Assembly (NCBI RefSeq): GCF_039654945.1 | Contig: NW_027361825.1 | Span: forward strand, 21,204,001 to 21,268,000 | Direction: 5' to 3' | DNA length: 64,000 nt | From: Dendrobates tinctorius | Lineage: Eukaryota | Part shown: positions 52,850 through 64,000 of the stretch, piece by piece | How positions within the stretch are numbered: position 1 is the stretch's first letter | Layout of the letters: each line of letters opens with the position of its first letter | The notes under the pieces: model-generated | The model's database searches: none | Told to the model about the DNA's origin: nothing | Seen by the model: only the letters and a program-made list of their open reading frames with translations | Made by a program: the position numbers and the translations under genes

Positions 52850-54376
52850 ACGGTCATCTGAAAGGAGAAGTCCCAGAAGATTAGAGAAGGGTAAATGTTG
52901 TCACTATCTTCATAAAGGGGAAGAGGACAGAGCCAGGAAATTACAGGCCAGTGAGCCTTAGGCGGTGTTCACACGTTGCGTTTTTTTTTTTGCGGATTTA
53001 CCAAAAAATCCGCTTAAAAAAGCTTCCCATTCATTTTAATGCATTTTGCACTTTTTGTGCATATTGATGCGCTTTTTTCCACGAAAAAAACGCTTTGCGG
53101 TAAAAAACGCAGCATGCTCATTATTTTCGTGAAAAATTCCGCATTTCTTGCTATTTTCTATGTGTCTGGGCACGCGTGGAAAAAAAACGCATGTTTTTTG
53201 CGCAAAAAACGCGCAGAAAAAAAACGCGCGTTTTCTGGAAAGGAGTCCTGTTTTTATGCAGAAATTTTCTGCATACCAGTGTACATAGCCTTACTTCTTA
53301 CCAGGAAAGATTTTTTTTTTTAATCAAATACTTTTTTTATTAAAATTTGTTTTCGTAAAACAACAGTAAAAAACAGCAACTCAACCATGAAAAGGACCTC
53401 GTCCCTCTTCTATCCCCCCCCAACAACATGTCACCCTTTTAAACACAACATCCCGAGATAAATATTTCCCACTTCTGTCCATAGCAGATTAGAAGTCTTG
53501 CAATATGAATAACCACTATCATAACAATATTAATGGGGAATCTAGATCTTGGTTTGGAACAGTTATACAAGTATATGTGACTAAAGCTGCCCAATGTGGA
53601 ATATAGCATCTATCCTGTCTTTAAATTGAAAACAGACCTAATCGAAATCTTTGCAGTTCTCTGTATGCCAGGCCGTAGTCATCAATTCATGGAGCCCATA
53701 TTTTTTCAAATTTGGAGATGGCCTTCCTTTTTAAATATATAATTTGTTCCAGATTTAATAGCCAATTAAATGTATTTACAAATTCTGTTACTATTGGCGC
53801 CTGCTGTAATAACCAATGTTGGGCCATATATAACGTGGGCCACTGCTATTTTGCCATGTTCGTCAGTGCTCAGATCTTCTATATATCCCAGTATACATAC
53901 TAACGGTGAGGGATCTGTATCGCCTGAGTATGTTCTATTAATAATCGCTATTACATCCCTCCAGAAAGTTTCTAAAGCGGAGCATGTCCACATCATATGA
54001 AACATTTAAGCCAGAGATGTTTTACATCTAGCACATTGGGGTGTTCTATATACCAGGAAAGATATTTGAACGAATTATTAAACAGCATGTATGTAAGTAC
54101 TTGGATTAGAATACAGTAATTAACCAGAGCCAGCATGGGTTTGTAGCAAACAAGTCATGCCCGACTAATTTCCTTCTATGATGGAATCACTGACTGAGTG
54201 GATCAGGGAAATGCGGTAGATATAGTATATCTCGACTTCAACAAAACATTTGATAAAGTGTTTCATACTATTCTTATTGAAAAAATGACCAAGTATGGGA
54301 TTGACAAGGCTACGGTTAGGTGGATTCATAACTGGGTCAGTGATCATAATCAAAGAATGATAATAAATTGTTGCCC
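52850..54376 (+). mobile_element. CR1 LINE RT fragment interrupted by a MITE (52961-53290) and an L1 fragment
   Basis: PGNYRPVSL... and DQGNAVDIVYLDFNKTFDKV...VRWIHNW motifs. Confidence 0.85.
53312..54050 (-). mobile_element. 5'-truncated L1-clade LINE
   Basis: Poly-T at the left end, TSD TACCAGGAAAGAT (53299 and 54051); peptide HMMWTCSALETFWRDV resembles the L1 ORF2 C-terminal cysteine-rich region. Confidence 0.8.
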
Positions 54377-54649
54377 AAGAGATAAGAGAAGAGAAAGGCA
54401 GCACTCACCGTTTCTGACGCAATCCTTTATTAACAGAGGATAAAATATAGCGGCGGGTGGAGTATGTGGGGACAACAATCAGACTTAGACCCGTAGAAGC
54501 GCAGGCCGCGCTATTATTCAATAACGAAATGATCGCTCCATGATGTCATATCCTTTATAGTCACTATATAAAACAGTTCTAGTGATAGTAGGTATGAACA
54601 AGCGTCACATCCCTGCACTACCGGTGGACACACTTGTCAGTAAGCTGGA

Positions 54650-56080
54650 TATAAATTGTATATGTGTGTAATGTATACATATTGTATATGTGTGTAATGT
54701 ATACATATTGTATACTAGATTGTGGCCCGATTCTAACGCATCGGATATTCTAGAATATGGCCAGCGGGAGACTGACTTTCAAAAGATGGTCCAGGATGAT
54801 CCACCACGATCGGCGATCTCACAGCGGGGACCTGGTCGCTGCTGCGTGTCACACTGAGGCTAAGTACCCACGTTGCAGAAATGCGGAAATTTCCGCAGCA
54901 TTTCCGCAACTCTCACCGCGGGAAAAACGAATGCGAATTCGAATGCATTTTTCCCGTGGAAAAGATGCGTTTTTCACGCGATTTTCACGGGAATTCCAGC
55001 GCATTCCAAGCGATTTGAAGCATCGCTTGGAATGTGATTGACAGGTTGGTCACACTTGTCAAGCATAATGTTTGACAATTGTGATCTACTTTTTACTATT
55101 GATGCTGCCTATGCAGCATCAATAGTAAAAGATAGAATGTAAAAAACAATAAAAAAAAAATTAAAAAAAGGTTATTCTCACCTTCCGAAGGCCCCCGATC
55201 TCCTCTCCACGTTCCCGGCATCAGTAATACTTAGCGCGAAGGACCAGAGATGACGTCACTCTCGCGAGAGCGTGACGTCATCAGCGGTCTTTCGCGCAAA
55301 GCATTACTGGGACCGGAAGATGCCGGGCGCGTGGTGAGAGGCGGGAAAGAGTCAGGAGGTGAGTATATCACTATTTTTTATTTTAATTCTATTTTTTACA
55401 GGTTTATGGTACCCAGGGCCTGGAGGACAGTCTCCTCTCCTCCGGACCCTGGGTATCATCCGTACATTGAGCGTTGCGCTGCGCCGGTCATCTCCTGGCT
55501 GCGTCGCCGCTGACCTCCGTGCGGCAGGAGAAGACCCGTGGCAACCGTCGGGAGATCAGCGGCTAGCGCCGCAGATCTCCCAATAGTAGTGGTGGCGTGC
55601 GCTGTTCGAATGCCTCGCCAATTCGCGGCCGGACTGTGCCTGTCGCTGATTGGTCGCAGCCGGCCGGGCACGACCAATCAGCAACGTGGGATTTCCATTA
55701 CAGACAGACAGATTTAGACGATTATGTAGTAGATGTGTGTAATGTATACATATTGTATATGTCTGTAATATATAAATATTGTATATGTGTGTAATGTTTA
55801 CATACAGTATTGTATATGTATGTAATATTGTATATGTGTGTAATGTATACATATTGTATATGTGTGTAATATATACATATTGTATATGGTGTATGTATGT
55901 ATAATGATGTATACATATTATATATGGTGTATGTTTGTAATGTATACATATTGTATATGGTGTGTGTTGTGTAATGTATCTATATTGTGTATGTGTGTAT
56001 ATTGTATGCATATTGCATGTGATGTATGTGTATGATGTATGCATATTGTGTATGTGTGCATGGTGGTGTAATGTGTATGT
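54650..56080. repeat. ~26-bp AT/GT-rich minisatellite interrupted by a composite non-autonomous element (~54713-55734, possibly Helitron/HINE-like)
   Basis: ATATTGTATATGTGTGTAATGTATAC units on both sides; the insert starts TACTAGATTGTGGCCCGATTCTAACGCATCGG and ends (CAGA)n...GTAGAT. Confidence 0.65.
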
Positions 56081-56359
56081 CAGTAGGGTTGTTACAGAGG
56101 CGGCCCGGACATGTCCCGCACAAGGGCAGAATCCTTTGTCGTCAGTGTTTGACCCTGATTTTTATGGCGTTTTTTTTCCGTATACCATGCCATAATTCAC
56201 GTTACCTGCCATACTATGTATGAACCTGCAGTCACAAGTGTAAAGGTGAAGGCATATACAATCAAGAAGAAAGATTATATAAAGCGATGGCTAAATTATG
56301 ATGGATGGAGCCACCTGCTTGGGAGGGGGTGTAAGAGGAGCCACAGGTACAGAGCAGGC

Positions 56360-56420
56360 AGATGGAGGGGGTGTCAATGTGACGACATTCGCCCTGCACT
56401 CTGCCAGCTATATATTCTGC
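56360..56420 (+). promoter_or_regulatory. Candidate CRE + TATA proximal promoter of the CCER2-like gene
   Basis: GGAGGGGG (56364), CRE-like TGACGACA (56380) and TATATATT (56409), ~135 bp before ATG 56546; alternative TATATAAA at 56276. Confidence 0.5.
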
Positions 56421-56545
56421 AGCTACAGACACACTGTGCAAACTGTGGTCCAGCCCGAAGCTCAGGCTCTCCGCATCCTTCCTGTGTCTGCCTCATCATA
56501 AGCCTGGGCTGAGGGAATCCCACCATCATCAGCATCAGCGCGTCC

Positions 56546-57669
56546 ATGATGGGACCTGTCAAGTGTTTACTGCTTGCAGCTGTCTGCTTGCAAGGTAAGA
56601 GCTGCAGTCTGCCAAGTGTAATGTCCTCTGTCGTTGGGAAGACCCCTCCAAGGTGAGACCTGGATCTGCAGTAATACATGACCAGACTGGTATCAGATCC
56701 CGTATTGTAATAAGTTATTAATGCATTATGCTAAAAAATCCATTTAAATTCCAAATATGTGATCTGCGAATTAGTGTTCTCCTTCGAGGATAGGTTTCCT
56801 ATTCATAGATTTGGTTGTAAGTCATCAATTATACATGATCTATTCCAGATAACGGTATTATCATCCCTGGGGTTATTGCTGGCTTCCCGGTAATTAGGTT
56901 ATTTCCATAAAATCCTATATAAGGTGAAATGACGTAATTAATATAATATATTGCTGTACATAAAGGGTCTGCGGAGCGTTACATCAAGCACATTAATTAT
57001 GGTGCCCACAAGTTCATATTGACTCCTGGTGACCATGCCACGTTCTTATTCTCTATGTTTGCCTCCATCCTTCTGGTTCCTGATCCGTCACTCACCATAA
57101 ATGTCTTTTTTTAACCTGGTGTAAATGCAGCTGTTCTCCTGAATCCGGCGATGTTTTTCTTTTCTTCCTGCGCCTCTCCGTTCCTGAGATATGGCCTCTT
57201 ATTCCTTGTGTATAAATCTAGTTTTGTTTTCCAAGTGGGCGTGGTGCTCAGCTCTTTTCTGAGGATCACACCCAGTTGGATTAAAGGACTGGATTGATAT
57301 GCAGGAAAGAGTAGGCCATATCTCAGGAACGGAAAGGCGCAGGAAGAAAAGAAAAACAGCGCCAGATTCAGGAGACAGCGACGTTTACACCATATAAAAA
57401 ACTGCATATTTTGGTACGTGATTGATCCCCTTTAAGTCTCCTGTGCTTTCTTATGAGTTGGGTCTTGGTCTAATCTGGTAATTTCTGAAAAATTCTGGAT
57501 GATGTGGTCACGGTTCTTCTCCTTGATTTTGATCTCCAGATTGATCATTATCATAGAGCGTTGTATAAGCCCCAGAAGTGTCATTGATATTGAAGAGTTA
57601 ATCTTTTCGTTTCATTCTTTAGTTTCCACCATGCCCCTGTCCAGCCAGCTGTCCGAAGAAGAAGAAAAG
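56546..57669 (+). CDS. CCER2: First two coding exons of a secreted, chromogranin-like protein; probable CCER2 orthologue (gene continues beyond the window)
   Basis: Exon 1 56546-56594 (49 nt, CAAG|GTAAGA) and exon 2 57623-57669 (47 nt, pyrimidine tract TTTAG|, AAG|GTGAGC) splice in frame to MMGPVKCLLLAAVCLQVSTMPLSSQLSEEEEK. Position and strand match CCER2 downstream of SARS2 in human. Symbol rests on synteny. Confidence 0.72.
57110..57400. mobile_element. Palindromic MITE in intron 1 of the CCER2-like gene
   Basis: GGTGTAAATGCAGCTGTTCTCCTGAATCCGGCG...CGCCAGATTCAGGAGACAGCGACGTTTACACC inverted arms. Confidence 0.75.
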
Positions 57670-57693
57670 GTGAGCGTTATGGGTACACATCTA

Positions 57694-59322
<1,629 letters not shown>

Positions 59323-59494
59323 TATATGCATAATTTGGTAACACATGACTTATTTATTTATTGCTAGCTGAAGAGCCCGGCGTTGCTCGGGCATAGTAAC
59401 CAACTACGGTTAGTTATAACAAATTATAATGATTATATCTATATTTATAAAGCTGAGTGTATAGCCCTGCCCACTCCGCATAGCCACATTCACT

Positions 59495-59990
59495 ATAATA
59501 TCCCTCATCATCCCGTCAACCAGAGCCACTGGACTACTACCCGGAATATCCCACATCATCCCGTCAGCCAGAGCCACCGGACTACTACCACTAATATCCC
59601 ACATCATCCCTTCACAGCCACCGGACTACTACCCCTAATATCCCACATCATCCCATCAGCCAGAGCCACCGGACTACTACCGGGAATATCCCACATCGTC
59701 CCGTCAGCCAGAGCTACCGGACTACTACCTCTAATATCCCACATCATCCCGTCACAGCCACCGAACTACTACCACTAATATCCCACATCATCCCATCAGC
59801 CAAAACCACCGGACTACTCCCCCTAATATCCCACATCATCCCGTCAGCCAGAGCCACCGGACTACTACCCTAATATCCCACATCATCCCGTGAGCCAAAG
59901 CCACCGGACTACTCCCCCTTATATCCCACATCATCCCGTCAGCCAGAGCCACCGGACTACTTCACCAAATATCCCACATCATCCCGTTAG
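59495..59990. repeat. ~46-48-bp minisatellite
   Basis: ATATCCCACATCATCCCGTCAGCCAGAGCCACCGGACTACTACCCCTA, about 10 units. Confidence 0.9.
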
Positions 59991-60825
59991 CCTGGGGTCA
60001 GAATCAGAGCGCTCTGCGGAATGGTCCTAACTTCAATACCGGGGATCCCTTTAAGAGAAGCCTGGCGTCAGAACCATAGCGCTGAGTGAGAATCAGAGCG
60101 CTGAGGGATTTACTCTAACTTCCATACCGGAGATCCCTTTAAGAGAAGCCTGGGGTCAGTACCAAAGCGCAGAGTGGGTTTGCCCTTATTTCCATACCGG
60201 GGATCCCTTTAAGAGGGGCCTGGGGTCAGACTCATAGCACTGAGTGGAATTGCTCTAACTTCCATACCAATGATCCCTTTAAGAGAGCCTGGGGTCAGTA
60301 CCAGAGGATTTGAAGGCAATTGCCCTGACTTCCATGTCGGGGATCCCGTTAAGAGAGCCTGGGGACAGAACCAGAACGCTGAGTGGAATTGCCCTAACTT
60401 CCATACCGGAGATCCCTTTAATAGAAGCCTGGGGTCAGAATCAGAGCACTGAGGGATTTGCCCTATCTTCCATACCCGAGATCCCTTTAAAAGAGGCCTG
60501 GGGTCAGTATCAAAGCGCAGAGTGGATTTGCCCTGACTTCCGTACCGGGGATCCCTTTAAGAGGGGCCTGGGGTCAGAACCAGAGTGGTTAGTGGAATTG
60601 CCCTAACTTCCATACCAATGATCCCTTTAAACCACAGAGCTGAGTGGAACGGTCCTAACTTCCATACCGGGGATCCCTTTAAGAGAGGACTGGGGTCAGA
60701 ACCAGAGCGCTGGATGGATTTGCCCTGACTTCCATACTAATGATCTCTTTAATAGAAGCCTGGGGTCAGAATCAGAGCGCTGAGGGATTTGCCCTAACTT
60801 CCATACCGGAGATCCCTTTAAGAGG
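59990..60825. repeat. ~69-bp minisatellite
   Basis: GCCTGGGGTCAGAATCAGAGCGCTGAGGGATTTGCCCTAACTTCCATACCGGAGATCCCTTTAAGAGAA, about 12 units. Confidence 0.9.
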
Positions 60826-61178
60826 GAAGACGTGCCTATGGGATGGAGGATGTGTGATGGGGATATGGGCACGGGAGGGGGGGATTGATTTCTGTCATGT
60901 GCTCTCTGCTCCTTTCTGGGGGGCAGACAATGGCTGGGAGCTTATATTCCCGGGGATGTTAGATTTCTCCCACCATGTCAGTGTCTGCTGAGGTGTTGTC
61001 TGGAGTGGCAAAATTGTTGCTCATAGCAACCAATCACAGCTCAGCTTCTTTTAAACAGCTCTGGTGAAATGAAAGATGCTTCGTGATTGGTTGATGATAC
61101 ACACACACATACATTCAATTTTATATATATAGATATGTGTAAAATATGAACATCATCTCTCACAATACTTTACATGTA

Positions 61179-62743
61179 CAGTCATGGCCAAAAGTTTTGA
61201 GAATGACACAAATATTATATTTTCACATGATCTGCTGCCCTCTGGTTTTTATGTGTGTTTGTCAGATGTTTTTATCACATACAGAAATATAATTGGAATC
61301 ATATTATGAGTAACAAAAGGTTATATTGACAGTTAGAATGAGTTAATGCAGCAAGTCAATATTTGCAGTGTTGACCCTTCTTCTTCAGGACCTCAGCAAT
61401 TCTCCCTGGCATGCTCTCAATCAACTTCTGGATCAAATCCTGACTGATAGCAGTCCATTCTTGCAAAATCAATGCTTTTATTTTGTCTGAATTTGAAGGT
61501 TTTTGTTTGTCCACCCGTCTCTTGATGATTGACCACAAGTTCTCAATGGGATTAAGATCTGGGGAGTTTCCAGGCCATGGTCCCAAAATCTCTATGTTTT
61601 GTTCCCTGAGCCATTTAGTTATCACCTTTGCTTTATGGCAAGGTGCTCCATCATGTTGAAAAAGGCATTGCTGATCGCCAAACTGCTCTTGGACGGTTGG
61701 GAGAAGTTGCTCTTGGAGGACATTCTGGTACCATTCTTTATTCATGGCTGTGTTTTTAGGCAAGACTGAGAGAGAGCCCATTCCCTTGGCTGAGAAGCCA
61801 CCCCACACATGAATGGTTTCAGGATGCTTGACAGTTGGCATGAGACAAGACTGGTGGTAGCGCTCACCTGGTCTTCTCCGAATAAGCCGTTTTCCAGATG
61901 TCCCAAACAATCGAAAAGGGGATTCATGAGAGAAAATGACTTTACCCAGTCCTCAGCAGTCCACTCCCTGTACCTCTTGCAGAATATCAGTCTGTCCATG
62001 ATGTTTTTTCTGGAGAGAAGTGGCTTCTTTGCTGCCCTCCTTGAGACCAGGCCTTGCTCCAAGAGTCTCCGCCTCACAGTGCGTGCAGATGCACTCACAC
62101 CTGCCTGCTGCCATTCCTGAGCAAGCTCTGCACTGCTGGTAGCCCGATCCGCAGCTGAAACACTTTTAAGAGACGGTCCTGGCGCTTGCTGGTCTTTCTT
62201 GGGCGCCCTGGAGCCTTTTTGGCAACAAGGGAACCTCTCTCCTTGAAGTTCTTGATGATGCGATAGATTGTTGACTGAGGTGCAATCTTTCTATCTGCGA
62301 TACTCTTCCCTGTTAGGCCATTTTTGTGCAGTGCAATGATGACTGCACGTGTTTCTTTAGAGATAACCATGGTTAACAGAAGAGAAACAATGATGCCAAG
62401 CACCAGCCTCCTTTTAAAGTGTCCAGTGGTGTCATTCTTACTTAATCATGACAGATTGATCTCCAGCCCTGTCCTCATCAACACCCACACCTGTGTTAAT
62501 GGAGCAATCACTGAAACGATGTTAGCTGGTCCTTTTAAGGCAGGGCTGCAATGATGTTGAAATGTGTTTTGGGGGATAAAGTTAATTTTCTAGGCAAATA
62601 TTGACTTTGCAAGTAATTGCTGTTAAGCTGATCACTCTTTCTAACATTCTGGAGTATATGCAAATTGCCATTAGAAAAAATGAAGCAGTAGACTTTGTAA
62701 AAATTAATATTTGTGTCATTCTCTAAACTTTTGGCCATGACTG
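61179..62743 (-). mobile_element. Full-length Tc1/mariner transposon with DD35E spacing, two frameshifts
   Basis: TA|CAGTCATGGCCAAAAGTTT...AAACTTTTGGCCATGACTG|TA; ORFs 62095-62403, 61742-62098 and 61356-61910; FQHDGAPCH...NPIE has 35 residues between D and E. Confidence 0.95.
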
Positions 62744-63474
62744 TAATATATCATACCTCTCATGTTAAACATGACATCTAATTTGTGGGCAGCATGTTGT
62801 AGAGCAGGAGGAGCTGAGCTGATTGAGATATAGGTTTGTAGGAAAAGATTCATTATAACTTGAAATAAATTCACTTAAATCTATGATCTTTATAAACTCA
62901 GGAGTCCAGTGGGAGGTCTCAATCACTAAATAAGACCGCCCACTGGACACTTGAGCATAGAAAGATCATGGATTTAAGTGATTGTATTACCAGTTATACT
63001 TCATCTTATATACAAAAAATATATAGCAGTCTTCTCAGCTCTTACTGCTCTATAAGTCTGTGTTCACAGGTCAGTATTTCCATTTTTATGATCTTTTTGA
63101 GGAGCATAAAAACAGAAATAAAGAGTTCCCATACTGGACCTCGTCTATTAAATGGATTTCATTTTCCTAAAATGTCATCATTTTGCATCCATTCCATCTG
63201 ATATTTGTTTTTTGGATGGACAAAAAAGCCCATAGTCTGCAAAACTCTTTTTTCCATCCACAAAAACAGGCAACTGAACAGAGGCTTCCATTTTTTTTAC
63301 AATAAAGGGAATCTGACAGCAGGATTTCATCACCCCTAAAACTATTTATATGTACATGTCGCTCTTTCAAAGACACGTCCAGCAATACCTTTACATCGAC
63401 AGTCCATTCCTTCATTACTGAGAAATGAGTGTTTGAACTGATATGTTAATGAGGCTGAAGTGCTATGGTAGATT

Positions 63475-64000
63475 ATTATTATTTATTTATTTATTTATAT
63501 AGCACCATTGATTCCATGGTGCTGTACTTAAGGGGTTACATACAAATTACAGATATCACTTACAGTAAACAATCTAACAATCACAGACTGATATAGAGGG
63601 GAGAGAGGACCTTGCCCTTTCGGGCTTACATGCTACAGGATGGTGGGGAAGGAGACAGTAGGTTGGGGGGTTGCAGCAGTTCCGGTGTTGGTTGAGGTGA
63701 TATCTCCGGTAGTGGTGAGGAGGCAGCGGGGTCATTGCAGGCTGTAGGTGTTCTTGAAGAGGTGGGTTTTCAGGTTCCGTCTGAAGGATCCGAATGTGGT
63801 TGATAGTCGGAAATGATGGGGCAAAGAATTCCAGAGGATGGGAGCTATTCGGGAGAAGTCTTGGAGGCGGTTGGGTGAGGAACGAAAAAGTGTGGAGGAG
63901 AGAAGGAGGTCTTGGGATGACCGGAGATTACGTGAGGGAAGGTATAGGGAGATTAGTTCAGAGACATATGGAGGAGACAGGTTATAGATGGCCTTGTAGG
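63475..64000 (-). mobile_element. L2-clade LINE 3' end, runs off the right edge
   Basis: (TTA/TTTA)n tail, then TATAGCACCATTGATTCCATGGTGCTGTAC hairpin; the minus strand resembles the 3' part of the L2 at 17940-18200. Confidence 0.8.

Noticed and set aside
62760-63470. Search for exon 3 of the CCER2-like gene
   Set aside because: No acceptor followed by a Cys-containing granin-like frame was found; the region looks MITE-derived, so exon 3 is presumed to lie beyond the window.

Overview
Vertebrate genomic DNA, very probably an anuran (frog), inferred from the gene set and the Tc1/T2/Harbinger-MITE landscape. The window holds the conserved cluster seen at human 19q13.2: an FBA-type F-box lectin gene (FBXO17/27-like, +, 5 coding exons, 19971-24378), MRPS12 (-, 31804-32698) and SARS2 (+, 16 exons, 34962-46145). 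MRPS12 and SARS2 are head-to-head across a promoter with six CCAAT boxes. Downstream of SARS2 are two tiny exons (56546-56594, 57623-57669), missed as a spliced unit by the ORF track. They sit in the syntenic position of CCER2 and encode a signal peptide and N-terminus built like chromogranin A/B, suggesting an overlooked third chromogranin. The first 11.5 kb is an 86-bp satellite with nested higher-order repeats (705, 1054 and 3703 bp). It abuts a decayed, intron-containing duplicate of MRPS12, and a short seed of the same satellite, split by Tc1 insertions, survives at the paralogous position beside the functional MRPS12. The rest is densely nested transposable elements (Tc1 including a DD35E element, hAT, Harbinger/T2 MITEs, L2, CR1, L1, SINE, solo LTR, Penelope-like) and minisatellites. 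All exon calls were made by hand from splice sites and reading frame.
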